Origin: Minisyncoccota bacterium | GTDB lineage: Bacteria > Patescibacteriota > Minisyncoccia > Phycocordibacterales > UBA9973 | DNA: 64,000 nucleotides | Reading direction: 5' to 3' | Assembly: GCA_041664285.1 (NCBI GenBank) | Contig: JBAYLA010000002.1 | Coordinates: 1,349 to 65,348 of the forward strand | Shown here: one piece after another, positions 38,883 to 48,745 of the stretch | Position numbering within the stretch: position 1 is the first letter of the stretch | Layout of the letters: the number at the start of each line of letters is the position of its first letter | Made by a program: the position numbers and the translations under genes | Notes under the pieces: generated by a model | Seen by the model: the letters and a program-made list of their open reading frames with translations, nothing else | Databases searched by the model: none | What the model was told of the DNA's origin: nothing

Positions 38883-38960
38883 GAGATGCGTCGTTTTGAT
38901 ATAATAAAATAGAGCAGGGAAGCTTTACCGGGTAAGGAATTGTACAGTTCTATCACGAGG
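38883..38960 (+). repeat. repeat R4: second copy of the ~78-nt R1 element (extended -10 TGATATAAT plus leader), with the terminal CCAGCCAGCA box degenerated
   Basis: see R1. Confidence 0.85.
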
Positions 38961-39030
38961 ATGTCAGCAAAGTATTAAAACTGTTATTTTAAAGTTGCAA
39001 ATAGACTTAAAGGTTGTAGTATTATAATAC

Positions 39031-39846
39031 ATGGTCAAAACATTAATTCTAAATGATGTTAAAAAGACTTTTGACGTTGGAAAACCGTTTGAAGTGTTAA
39101 AGAATATTACTCTAGATGTGAATGAAGGAGATTTTGTTTCCATAGTTGGACCAAGTGGTTGTGGAAAATCAGTTCTTCTTTATTTAATTGCTGGTTTTAT
39201 AGAAAAAACATCTGGACAAGTTTTAATTAATAATAATTCTATTGTTCGGCCCGGTACTGATAGAATGATGGTTTTCCAGGACTACGTGCTACTTCCATGG
39301 AAAAGCGTTTATGATAATGTTCTCTTCAGTTTAGAAAAAAGCGATTTAAGCGATAAAGAAAAAAAGGAGCTTACAACAAAATATATTGACTTAGTAGGAC
39401 TTACTCAATTTAAAAATTGGCATATTCACAGACTCTCTGGAGGGATGAAACAAAAAGTTGCTATCGCCCGAGCGTTGATTGTAAATTCAAAAATTCTGCT
39501 TATGGATGAGCCTTTTTCCGCACTGGATCCACAGCAACGTAAATATTTGCGAAAAAGTCTTTTAGAGATATGTGAAAAGACAAAAAAAACAGTATTATTT
39601 GTTACACATAGTGTAAGTGAGGCTTTATATCTTTCAAACAAAATATATGTAATGAGTTCATGTCCGGCAGTAATTAAAAATCGTTATGACATTAATATAC
39701 CACATCCACGACATTCTTCAGATCCACAATATGTTCGTTTTAAAGAAAAAATTGAAGAAGATTTATTTCAAGAGTTTGAAAAAACACTACTAAATCAAAG
39801 AGAGGAAACATTAATTGATTTAATATTAAAAACAGAAGTGATATGA
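39031..39846 (+). CDS. ABC transporter ATP-binding protein (NitT/TauT family, SsuB/TauB-like)
   Basis: Walker A GPSGCGKS, signature LSGGMKQKVAIARAL, Walker B LLMDEPFSALD. Confidence 0.85.
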   Translation: MVKTLILNDVKKTFDVGKPFEVLKNITLDVNEGDFVSIVGPSGCGKSVLLYLIAGFIEKTSGQVLINNNSIVRPGTDRMMVFQDYVLLPWKSVYDNVLFSLEKSDLSDKEKKELTTKYIDLVGLTQFKNWHIHRLSGGMKQKVAIARALIVNSKILLMDEPFSALDPQQRKYLRKSLLEICEKTKKTVLFVTHSVSEALYLSNKIYVMSSCPAVIKNRYDINIPHPRHSSDPQYVRFKEKIEEDLFQEFEKTLLNQREETLIDLILKTEVI

Positions 39847-40880
39847 GTAAATCTAAAAAAAGTTTAATTATAGTCATCAGTATATTTCTTGCCTTATGTT
39901 TTATTTTTTTTCTATATATAACATTTGAACAGGAATTTAAAAAAGATGAGTTTCTTAAAATAGGATATGCTGGTCATAGTCTCAATTACGGATCAGTAAT
40001 GGTGGCATACGAGGGGGATTTTTTTAATAAGCATGGAGTATCAACCAAGCTAGTATCTTTTAAATCTGGTTCAGAAATAGGCCTTGCACTTGCAACGGGG
40101 AAAATTGATGTGGCCCTTCTTAGTATTTCTAGCGCTCTGATCACTATTGATGCTGGAGCTCCAATTAAAATAATAGGCCCAACAGCAAGAGCATCTACTG
40201 TTGTATTTGTAAGACCGAACGACTCTATCCAGTCATTTAGTGATCTGCGCGGGAAAAAGATTGAGGGTGGAGGGACAGGTACTTCAAAACTCGAGTTTCT
40301 TCGTGCAGCGTCTAAAGAAGGGTTAAAAGAATCTGATTTTACGTTTGTAGATGTTGACAAAGATTATAAAGAGATTGCTCTTTTACAAAAAAAAATAATT
40401 GATGCAATACCAACTAGTAAATATAACGCTGATTCTTTAATCAAAGCAGGGGCAATTCCATTAAAAGAATGGGAAGAAAAGAGATATGACAGAGTCTTTA
40501 ATGCGCACACATATATGGTGGTAAACACAAAATACGCACAAAACCATGAAGCAGAGATAGAAAAAGTTATAGATTCGATAATTGACGCACAGAGTTTTAT
40601 TGCCAAGGATCCTCAGAATGCGGCACCACTTGTAGTTCGAAATATTCAAAACGCAACCGATGGCGTTGCAAATTTTACTACTTCACAAGTATTGGAAAAT
40701 TGGCAAAAAAGTATTCGGTATATTGTGTGGTCAGATCCAAATGAAGTTATTGATATAGTAAATTTTTTACGTGCATCAAAAGGAATTAAAAATACACTTA
40801 CTCTTGATCAGATATTTGATTTACATTTTTTATCAAAACTAGAAAAAATGCAAAAAATAATATATGGCTCGGAAAATTAA
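39843..40880 (+). CDS. ABC transporter substrate-binding protein, NMT1/THI5-SsuA-like, membrane anchored
   Basis: N-terminal TM, periplasmic-binding-protein type 2 fold features; ATGA overlap with the ATPase gene. Confidence 0.55.
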   Translation: MSKSKKSLIIVISIFLALCFIFFLYITFEQEFKKDEFLKIGYAGHSLNYGSVMVAYEGDFFNKHGVSTKLVSFKSGSEIGLALATGKIDVALLSISSALITIDAGAPIKIIGPTARASTVVFVRPNDSIQSFSDLRGKKIEGGGTGTSKLEFLRAASKEGLKESDFTFVDVDKDYKEIALLQKKIIDAIPTSKYNADSLIKAGAIPLKEWEEKRYDRVFNAHTYMVVNTKYAQNHEAEIEKVIDSIIDAQSFIAKDPQNAAPLVVRNIQNATDGVANFTTSQVLENWQKSIRYIVWSDPNEVIDIVNFLRASKGIKNTLTLDQIFDLHFLSKLEKMQKIIYGSEN

Positions 40881-41643
40881 AAACATAGCGCTAGGTTCTA
40901 TTCCATTTTTAGTTGTTATTATTATCTGGTTTTTTGGTAATTATTTTTCTTTCTTTCCGAGATGGATGATACCATCACCATTTACAACCGCACAAACATT
41001 TTTTTGGCTTATCAAAGATGGTACATTGCTTCAGCTGGCGTGGGGAAGCATTCAAATCGCTTTAGTTGGTTTTGGATTTGCAACGATCGTTGCAGTTATT
41101 TTGGGAATCCTTATAGGGAGTTATCCAACAATGCGTAAAATTTTCTTTCCTTTTTTCTCTGCAGTATATATTGTTCCTTCACTAGCTTGGTTACCTGTAA
41201 TTATATTGATTTTGGGATTTACAAAAACAACAGTTATCTGTATTGTGTTCCTCTCAAGTTTTAAAAAAATAATTTATAACGTGGTAAGCGGAGTACGTAG
41301 TGTAAATATCAGCTGGATACTGGCTGGAAAAAACATTGGTTTAAATAAGTTTGAAATTACGTACAAAATTATTATTCCCGCTGCATTACCTCAAATAATT
41401 ACAGGTCTTAGAATGGGATTTGCTAGTGCTTGGAGAACTTTGATTGGAGCTGAAATGTTAGTTTCCGGAGCTGCTGGCTTGGGAAGATTTATTTGGAATG
41501 CACAATGGTTTTTGGCTTTTGATAAGGTTTTTTCTGGAATTATTATAATTGCATTAATTGGTATGCTAGCGGAACAATTTGTATTTAAACCTTTTGAGGA
41601 TAAGACATTAATAAAATGGGGTTTAGCACAAGAAGAAATATGA
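40864..41643 (+). CDS. ABC transporter permease (NitT/TauT family)
   Basis: six TM helices and the EAA-like loop motif of binding-protein-dependent permeases; overlaps the upstream gene. Confidence 0.75.
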   Translation: MARKIKNIALGSIPFLVVIIIWFFGNYFSFFPRWMIPSPFTTAQTFFWLIKDGTLLQLAWGSIQIALVGFGFATIVAVILGILIGSYPTMRKIFFPFFSAVYIVPSLAWLPVIILILGFTKTTVICIVFLSSFKKIIYNVVSGVRSVNISWILAGKNIGLNKFEITYKIIIPAALPQIITGLRMGFASAWRTLIGAEMLVSGAAGLGRFIWNAQWFLAFDKVFSGIIIIALIGMLAEQFVFKPFEDKTLIKWGLAQEEI

Positions 41644-41686
41644 AAATATTATCCTTATTCTTCTATAAGTTTGATATAATAAAAAT

Positions 41687-41983
41687 ATGAAAAAACCATT
41701 TTTATATGCATTGGGGGCAGCTAGCTATATTGTTGTTATAGTTTTCGTTGTAAAAGTCTTGGGTTCTGCCCTAAAGATCCAAAACGAAACTATAATTATT
41801 CCAATGACTATGTTAAGCCTATTTGTATTGTCAGCTGCAGTGATGGGATTTTTATTTTTATCTGAATCTCTATATTTACTTGTAGAGAATCGAAGAAAAG
41901 AAGCTATTATTTTCTTTGGGAAAATTGTTGGATTTTTTGCTTGCTTCGTAGTTGTTTTTACAATTTTACTTTTCTTTCTATGA
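41687..41983 (+). CDS. hypothetical small membrane protein (98 aa)
   Basis: three hydrophobic segments. Confidence 0.4.
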   Translation: MKKPFLYALGAASYIVVIVFVVKVLGSALKIQNETIIIPMTMLSLFVLSAAVMGFLFLSESLYLLVENRRKEAIIFFGKIVGFFACFVVVFTILLFFL

Positions 41984-43074
41984 TAATTATTTTTCTCTCT
42001 GTAGTTTCTTTTGTCCTTGCTTTGACGCATTTTGTTATTTATAAAGTAATTATTTCTTTATTTTCTTTTTCTTCAGTTGAGCGAATAATTATAGGAATTA
42101 TTTTAACGATTCTTTGCCTTAGTTTTATTATTGCATCAATATTAACTTTTAATTTTAATAATTCATTTACTCGTATTTTTTATATAACTTCTGCTTCATG
42201 GCTTGGTTTTGCTTTTTACTTATTTTTATTTTCTTGTATATACATTCTAACCCTAGAAATGTTGAGACTATTTGGAGTAAATATTTCATTAAAATGGTTC
42301 GGCATTTTATGTCTTATTATTGCTATTATTATCGGAATTTATGGTCTCATTCATGCACGCTATATAAATATAAAAAACATAAATGTCGCTCTACCTAATC
42401 TTCCGGTTAGTTGGCAAGGGAAAAAAGCTGTATGGATTAGTGATTTACATTTAGGAGTTATATATGATACAAATTTTACTCAAAACATAGTAAACAAAAT
42501 AAATGAAATAAATCCAGACATCGTTTTTATTGGAGGGGATCTTTATGATGGAACAAAAGTAGATGAAATTGACATTGTAAAACCTTTTACAGGATTACAT
42601 CCGGCACTTGGTACGTATTTCATTACAGGAAATCATGAAGAATTTCGCAATAATAAAGTTTACTTGAATGCAATAAGCAGTACAGGAATTCATATTCTCG
42701 ATAATGAAATGATTATAATAGACGGAGTACAGATAATAGGTGTAAATGACAAAGACTCTACAAATGTTGCTGAGTTTAACATTATTCTTTCAAGTTTAAA
42801 TATAGATAAAAGTAAACCAATTATTCTTTTAAAGCACCAGCCTTTTCAATTAGCGCAAGCTGCACAAGCAGGCATTTCTTTCCAAATTTCGGGACATACT
42901 CATCAAGCCCAGATGTTTCCTCTTAATATATTTACAAATTTAATTTATAAGGGTTATGATTATGGTTTTCACAAAGTAGATAAAATGGACGTATTTACTT
43001 CAAACGGAGTAGGAACATGGGGGCCTCCTATGAGAGTGGGAAATAATGCTGAAATAGTTGTTTTTAATTTTTAA
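41979..43074 (+). CDS. membrane-anchored metallophosphoesterase (calcineurin-like)
   Basis: N-terminal multi-TM region then VWISDLHLG, GGDLYDG, GNHE, GHTH motifs; start set at the ATGA overlap with the previous gene. Confidence 0.7.
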
Positions 43075-43111
43075 AGGGGTATAGTATAGTAAAATTTTAA
43101 TCCAATAGAAT

Positions 43112-43735
43112 ATGAAATTTTTTAAACCAAAAAGTTCAGAATTTTTTAATTTATTTAAAGAAGTAGGGAATGATTTAAGTAATATATCTACATTGTTAGT
43201 GCGGTTTTCTAAGGAATTTAAGGATTTCGAAAGATATGCGCAGGAGGCTAAAAAAATTGAACATTTAGCTGATCAAAAAACTTATCAAATAGTCGATTTA
43301 TTGAATAAAACATTTATTACTCCTTTTGACCGAGAAGATATTTACCTCTTGGCTCATGAGCTTGATGACATTATTGATTTAACTGAAAACGTAGTACATT
43401 ACATTTATCTTTATGAAATTACCAATAAAATTTCTTCTTTTGAAGAATTTTCTGATCTTATTAAGCAGGGAGCAGTTAATACAGAAAAATTAATTGTTTG
43501 CCTAGAAAAACAAAAATGTACTCCTGAACTTTATCAAATAAAAAAATTCATGCACGACTTAGAAGATCGAGGCGATGAAGCTTTTGCTAAAGCTATTTCT
43601 CAATTATTTAAGAAAGAGAAAGATCCAATCATAATAATGAAGGAAAAAGAAATCTTAGAATGCTTGGAAAATATTTTAGACAAATATCAGAAAGTGAGTG
43701 ACATTATTGAGGGAATTTTAGTTAAATCAAGTTAA
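43112..43735 (+). CDS. DUF47 / PhoU-like Pit accessory protein
   Basis: pattern of DUF47 (YkaA-like) proteins, which are typically adjacent to pit; 207 aa. Confidence 0.65.
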   Translation: MKFFKPKSSEFFNLFKEVGNDLSNISTLLVRFSKEFKDFERYAQEAKKIEHLADQKTYQIVDLLNKTFITPFDREDIYLLAHELDDIIDLTENVVHYIYLYEITNKISSFEEFSDLIKQGAVNTEKLIVCLEKQKCTPELYQIKKFMHDLEDRGDEAFAKAISQLFKKEKDPIIIMKEKEILECLENILDKYQKVSDIIEGILVKSS

Positions 43736-43741
43736 AATTTT

Positions 43742-44746
43742 ATGGTCAGTACAACTCTTCTGCTGGTGATCTTCATTATAGTTATTGCCTTAATTTTTGA
43801 TTTTACTAACGGTATCCATGATTCAGCTAATTCTATTGCTACTATTGTTTCTACTCGTGTCCTCTCTCCCAGACAAGCTGTGTGCTGGGCGGCCTTTTTT
43901 AATTTTATTGCTTTTCTAGTTTTTGGTACGGGAGTAGCGAGTACCATAGGAAAAGGTCTAATAGATTTAAAAACAGTTACTCCTTTTGTTGTCTTGGCAG
44001 GTTTATTGGGTGCTATTATTTGGAATTTAATAACTTGGTTTTTGGGTTTACCTACAAGTTCTTCTCATGCTTTAATTGGTGGTTATATTGGCGCGTCTAT
44101 TGTTAATGCAGGATTCGGGGTAATTATTTTAGGTGGTTTTATTAAAATAATTATATTTATTTTTCTAGCTCCTATTATAGGATTCCTTCTTGGTATGTTG
44201 TTTATGTATATCACTATGCGTGTTTTAGAAAAAAAACATGCTTCACCACAACCTGTAACCACCTGGTCTAAACGTATGCAACTTGTTTCTGCTGCAGCTT
44301 ATAGCCTGGGTCATGGTGGCAATGATGCACAGAAAACAATGGGCATTATCACTAGTTTGTTATTTTCTGTTGGATATATTAAAACTTTTACTATTCCACT
44401 ATGGGTTGTTTTATCTGCACAAGCAGCTATTGCGCTCGGTACTTTAATGGGGGGATGGAGGATTGTAAAAACAATGGGTCAAAAAATTGTACGATTGAAA
44501 CCGTTAGATGGTGTTTGCGCAGAAACGGCTAGTGCTATTAGTATTTTCTTAGCGACACATTTTGGTATTCCTGTTTCCACTACTCATATTATTACTGGAG
44601 CAATTTCAGGGGTAGGAGCAACAAAGAGAATGTCGTCGGTACGATGGCAAACAACTTTTCGTATTGTTTGGGCGTGGGTGTTTACTATCCCAGCAGCAGC
44701 TTTTGTCGGGGGATTCATTTTCTTTATTCTAAAATTTATATTTTAA
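43742..44746 (+). CDS. pit: inorganic phosphate transporter, PiT family
   Basis: PHO4 motifs GIHDSANSIAT (N half) and GHGGNDAQKTMG (C half). Confidence 0.8.
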   Translation: MVSTTLLLVIFIIVIALIFDFTNGIHDSANSIATIVSTRVLSPRQAVCWAAFFNFIAFLVFGTGVASTIGKGLIDLKTVTPFVVLAGLLGAIIWNLITWFLGLPTSSSHALIGGYIGASIVNAGFGVIILGGFIKIIIFIFLAPIIGFLLGMLFMYITMRVLEKKHASPQPVTTWSKRMQLVSAAAYSLGHGGNDAQKTMGIITSLLFSVGYIKTFTIPLWVVLSAQAAIALGTLMGGWRIVKTMGQKIVRLKPLDGVCAETASAISIFLATHFGIPVSTTHIITGAISGVGATKRMSSVRWQTTFRIVWAWVFTIPAAAFVGGFIFFILKFIF

Positions 44747-44752
44747 TCTTGT

Positions 44753-44781
44753 TTGACAACACACCATTTTTCTGGTAAAGT
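44753..44781 (+). promoter_or_regulatory. sigma70-like promoter TTGACA-N17-TAAAGT
   Basis: consensus -35 and spacing seen directly. Confidence 0.4.
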
Positions 44782-44823
44782 ATTTTCGGCTATTTGTTTC
44801 TTACAAAAAAAGGAGGATACGTA

Positions 44824-45135
44824 ATGGCGACAGTTCAGCCTAAAAAGAAAAGAAAGAAAGAAAAAATGGATGTTGTGGAAGAAGGAATTATCCTTGAGCT
44901 GTTGGAACATGGAGAGAAGGCTTACTTTAATAAATGCGGGTATTTTATTAAGGGGAGCAGTGATTCTGCCTGGGTGCATTCAAAAGATGCACTTATGCTA
45001 AAAATGGAATCATTACGCCCTAAGGCTGAGTATTTATTTTTTCATCCGGCTATTTACAACTTCACAACGGGGCGGAAGAAAATAATAGGAAAACCCGACT
45101 CTTTTAATGATTTCTTCACTAAGAAAAAAATTTAA
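44824..45135 (+). CDS. hypothetical basic protein (start set at the ATG after AAAGGAGG)
   Basis: strong SD AAAAAGGAGG 8 nt before the ATG at 44824; the ORF track starts earlier at 44794. Confidence 0.5.
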   Translation: MATVQPKKKRKKEKMDVVEEGIILELLEHGEKAYFNKCGYFIKGSSDSAWVHSKDALMLKMESLRPKAEYLFFHPAIYNFTTGRKKIIGKPDSFNDFFTKKKI

Positions 45136-45179
45136 TTAATAGAGACAAATAGCCAAAATTTGTTTCCCAAAAAATCTCG

Positions 45180-45220
45180 AAGGGCAGATTACATCATGTG
45201 TGTCTGCCTTTCTTTAATTT
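45180..45220 (+). terminator. possible rho-independent terminator (AAGGGCAGA...TCTGCCTTT followed by a T-rich run)
   Basis: 9-bp stem but a long 14-nt loop; weak. Confidence 0.35.
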
Positions 45221-45317
45221 TAGTCACTATTTTTTATAAAAAGATCATTATTAGACTTTCAATAAAGTAAATAATCTAGTATAATATATCTATTAAAAGT
45301 AACGCCACAAAAATTAT

Positions 45318-45554
45318 ATGAAAAATAACAATTGTGAAAGTTGTATGATGCCTCTTAGTAAAGACCCTGGTCAAAGTGGGTCCGACCAATACTGCAGTTA
45401 TTGTTTTAAAGATGGTAAATTTACCTATGAAGGAAATGATGTAAATGAATTTAAAAAAGGTTCATATGAAGAGATGCGAAAGAAAGGCACGAATCCAATT
45501 CTAGCAAAATTCTATACTTGGATGATTGGTTTCGCTCCTAGGTGGAAAAAATAA
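45318..45554 (+). CDS. small zinc-ribbon domain protein (78 aa)
   Basis: CESCMMP...CSYCFKDG pairs. Confidence 0.45.
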   Translation: MKNNNCESCMMPLSKDPGQSGSDQYCSYCFKDGKFTYEGNDVNEFKKGSYEEMRKKGTNPILAKFYTWMIGFAPRWKK

Positions 45555-45557
45555 AAT

Positions 45558-46052
45558 ATGAAATTCATCAGAATATTTTTACTTATCTTAATAATCATTG
45601 GTATTTTCTTGTTGTGCACTCAACAAATTTGGGTACCGAAATTGGTTGATAGAATTCTTTCATCTGAAGCTTCAAAAAATATAATACCCGTTCCAAATAA
45701 GACAACAACAAAAGCTGATCTCATTCAAGTTGATTATCCTCAACCAAATCAAAATATTTCAAGCCCACTTGTTATAAAAGGAAAAGCACGAGGTAATTGG
45801 TTTTTTGAAGCAAGTTTTCCGGTAGTTTTGACTAATTGGGATGGATTAATAATTGCACAGGGAGTTGCCCAAGCACAAGGAGATTGGATGACAACAGAAT
45901 TTGTCCCATTTGAGGCAACCCTTACATTTGATGTAGATAAAAAAGCATATAGCAATAAAGGAGCATTAACATTACAAAAAGATAATCCATCTGGCTTGTC
46001 AGAAAAGGATGATTCAATTGAAATTCCTGTTGTATTTACTGAAGTAAAATAA
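45558..46052 (+). CDS. membrane-anchored Gmad2-like immunoglobulin-fold protein
   Basis: signal/TM, then ISSPLVIKGKARGNWFFEASFPVVL...AQGDWMTTEFVPFEATLTF pattern of the Gmad2 Ig-like domain. Confidence 0.55.
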   Translation: MKFIRIFLLILIIIGIFLLCTQQIWVPKLVDRILSSEASKNIIPVPNKTTTKADLIQVDYPQPNQNISSPLVIKGKARGNWFFEASFPVVLTNWDGLIIAQGVAQAQGDWMTTEFVPFEATLTFDVDKKAYSNKGALTLQKDNPSGLSEKDDSIEIPVVFTEVK

Positions 46053-46056
46053 AAAT

Positions 46057-47145
46057 ATGTTTCCTATACACTATATTCGTAATTTTTATGGCAAGTTTGA
46101 ACGCCCAATTTCGTCTCTATCTTTGGTAGCTGGATTCGTTTTTGACGCATTAACACTCAAACGAGTAGATACTTTATGGGAAAATCTTTGGATTTTAGGA
46201 CACCTTCTTATTATTGGGATTTTTATAACCTTAATACATTTAAAAGAAAACGAAGGTGGTAATGAGAAAGATCCAAAAAAAGCCCATTTTTGGTACGTTA
46301 ATATATTGCAGTTTTTCTTTGGAGGAATTCTTTCCACTTATTTAGTTTTTTATTTTCGAAGTGCTGATATTTTTGTAACTTGGCCATTTATTGCTCTTTT
46401 AGTTGGCGCTTTTATCGCTAACGAATCTTTAAAACGACACTATATTAGGCTTAGTTTCCAAATAAGTTTATTTTTTCTTTCTGTTTATTCATTCGCAATT
46501 TTTTTAGTACCGGTAGTGTTACATAAAATTGGCGATTGGGTATTTCTACTTTCTGGATTTCTAAGCTTAATTTTTATTGTTATTTTCTTAAAGATTTTAT
46601 TTTATTTTATAAAAGATAAATTCACGGAAAGTAAAAAATTAATTATATCCTTGATTTTAGGTATTTTTATTTTAGTTAACTTTTTATATTTCACAAATTT
46701 AATTCCGCCTATTCCACTTTCTCTTAAAGATGCTGGGATGTATCATTCAATTCAAAAAAACAGAGAGGGGAATTATGACATTACTTATGAGAATTATGGA
46801 TGGAGAGGCTTTTTCAATTTATATCCAAATTTCCAACAAATTGATGGAGCTCCTGTCTATGCTTTTAGTGCTATTTTTTCTCCTAAAAATCTTAACCTTA
46901 CGATTTTGCACGAATGGCAACATTACGATGAAATACAAAAGGAATGGATAACCGAAAGGGTAATAAATTTACCTGTTATCGGTGGGCGAGATGGTGGTTT
47001 CCGTACATACTCTATGCGAATAAACTTAGCGTCTGGTAAATGGCGAGTAAATATTAAGACTGAGCAAAATCAAAATATTGGCAGTTTACGCTTTAATATA
47101 ATTCAAACAAACACCGAACCTACGCTCGCTATAGGGGTAAAATAG
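46057..47145 (+). CDS. hypothetical polytopic membrane protein (362 aa)
   Basis: about 7 TM segments then a soluble C-terminal domain. Confidence 0.5.
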   Translation: MFPIHYIRNFYGKFERPISSLSLVAGFVFDALTLKRVDTLWENLWILGHLLIIGIFITLIHLKENEGGNEKDPKKAHFWYVNILQFFFGGILSTYLVFYFRSADIFVTWPFIALLVGAFIANESLKRHYIRLSFQISLFFLSVYSFAIFLVPVVLHKIGDWVFLLSGFLSLIFIVIFLKILFYFIKDKFTESKKLIISLILGIFILVNFLYFTNLIPPIPLSLKDAGMYHSIQKNREGNYDITYENYGWRGFFNLYPNFQQIDGAPVYAFSAIFSPKNLNLTILHEWQHYDEIQKEWITERVINLPVIGGRDGGFRTYSMRINLASGKWRVNIKTEQNQNIGSLRFNIIQTNTEPTLAIGVK

Positions 47146-47151
47146 AGAAAA

Positions 47152-47709
47152 TTATTCATTTATTTCATTCATAATAAGGCTCTTAGCATTTTGTCCTGTA
47201 TAAAGAATCGTTTTTAAATTAGGATATTTTTTAAAATCAAGATCTTCAAAATGCTTAGCTTTATCATCAATAAATACCACTTTTTCTTCTTTATGCTTAG
47301 TGCATATTTTTTCTATTGCTTCTTTTTTACTTCCTGATACAACAATTATTTCTGAAAACAAAGAGGACACTCCTGTTCGCTCTATTTTATCTATTTGATA
47401 TTCTGCTTCACCATAACTAACAACATAACAATTTGATTTTCCAAGTTTTTTTATCCATGTAATTAATTCATTTTTAACAAAACTTTTATTTTTACCCATT
47501 ATCTCTTTATACATATTTTCATTTACGGAAAAATGAGCCAGCATTTTTTTTAATGAAAATTTATTCCATCGTTCTTTCTCAACATATTCTTTTGATAGAT
47601 TATGTGGCACACCGGCTTTTTCTAATGAGGAATATATATGTTCTCTAAAATTTTTTGGATTACAAGAAGTATTGAATAACACATCGTCAAAATCAAAAAT
47701 ATACTTCAT
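47152..47709 (-). CDS. HAD-superfamily hydrolase
   Basis: motif I FDFDDVLFNT at the N-terminus. Confidence 0.5.
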   Translation of the reverse strand: MKYIFDFDDVLFNTSCNPKNFREHIYSSLEKAGVPHNLSKEYVEKERWNKFSLKKMLAHFSVNENMYKEIMGKNKSFVKNELITWIKKLGKSNCYVVSYGEAEYQIDKIERTGVSSLFSEIIVVSGSKKEAIEKICTKHKEEKVVFIDDKAKHFEDLDFKKYPNLKTILYTGQNAKSLIMNEINE

Positions 47710-47710
47710 C

Positions 47711-48700
47711 TTATTTGTTTATTATTTTAGCTATACATTCTGCTAATTTAAGAGAATCATGACGAATAAATCCTCTTGTAACTGGAATAACATCCTCAGA
47801 ACTTTTCTTGAAAACTATATGAGATAAAAGGGGAGTTCGAACTACCCTACTATCCCTAAAATCATCTTCTATAAATACCCCTTCTCCTTCTTCTAGTTTA
47901 TATTGCTCCATTTGGGAAGAGGATGGTTCTTCGCTATTAACTAAAATAATATCAACTAACTTTCCTAGATATTTTTCTATATCATTTACATAATTACTCA
48001 CTTTCCAATCAGTGGTATGTCCTAATTTATTCGTAAGATTAATTGGTAAAATAATCTTTGCCTTACTTTCTATAACAGCTTCTTTAAAACCACTTACTAT
48101 TAGATTAGGTACAATGGAGCAAAAATAGTTTCCTGGACCAAGAATAATATAATCGGCTTTTAGAATAGCTACTTTAGCGTGTTCATTTAATAAAACTTCA
48201 TTTTTGTAAAAAATTTCTTTTATTCCTTCAGCTTGCAAATTGGCATTTTGGATATTGTCTTCTCCTTTAAATACTTTTCCATTTAAAAGTGAAGCTACTA
48301 ATTCAGCTTTGTAATTTGTTACAGGAATAACCTTTCCATTAACTTTCAAAATCTCTGATGCGATTTCTACTCCTTTTCCAAAATCCCCAGTAACTTTTTC
48401 TAAGGCTGCAAGAAAAATATTGCCAAAATTGTGCCCTTTTAAAGTTCCTTCATTGAATCGATAGTTCATTAACTTGCGAACAATATCGCTATGTTCACTT
48501 AGGGCAACCAAGCATTGCCTAACGTCTCCAGGAGGCAAGACTCCAAGTTCATCCATTAGTACCCCTGTTGAACCGCCATTATCTGACATAGAGACAAGCG
48601 CAGTCAAAGAAACATCTGGTAAATTTTTCAAACCAGATAAAACAGTATAGCTTCCTGTTCCTCCGCCTATTGTCACAATATTTTTTATCATAGGTTCCAT
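47711..48700 (-). CDS. yvcK: YvcK/CofD-family protein (gluconeogenesis factor / UPF0052)
   Basis: IVTIGGGTGSYTVLSGLK ... SMSDNGGSTGVLMDELGVLPPGDVRQCLVAL. Confidence 0.8.
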   Translation of the reverse strand: MEPMIKNIVTIGGGTGSYTVLSGLKNLPDVSLTALVSMSDNGGSTGVLMDELGVLPPGDVRQCLVALSEHSDIVRKLMNYRFNEGTLKGHNFGNIFLAALEKVTGDFGKGVEIASEILKVNGKVIPVTNYKAELVASLLNGKVFKGEDNIQNANLQAEGIKEIFYKNEVLLNEHAKVAILKADYIILGPGNYFCSIVPNLIVSGFKEAVIESKAKIILPINLTNKLGHTTDWKVSNYVNDIEKYLGKLVDIILVNSEEPSSSQMEQYKLEEGEGVFIEDDFRDSRVVRTPLLSHIVFKKSSEDVIPVTRGFIRHDSLKLAECIAKIINK

Positions 48701-48745
48701 TTGTAAATATTAGCCTAAATTCCATTTTTTTGCTATATTTTAACG

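Noticed and set aside
35093-39030. Calling the tRNA-Gln-linked block a defined mobile element (integrative element or integron)
   Set aside because: No integrase, transposase, recombinase or attC-like inverted repeats are present; similarity of the boxes to the tRNA 3' end is only moderate, so only a repeat-bounded block is reported
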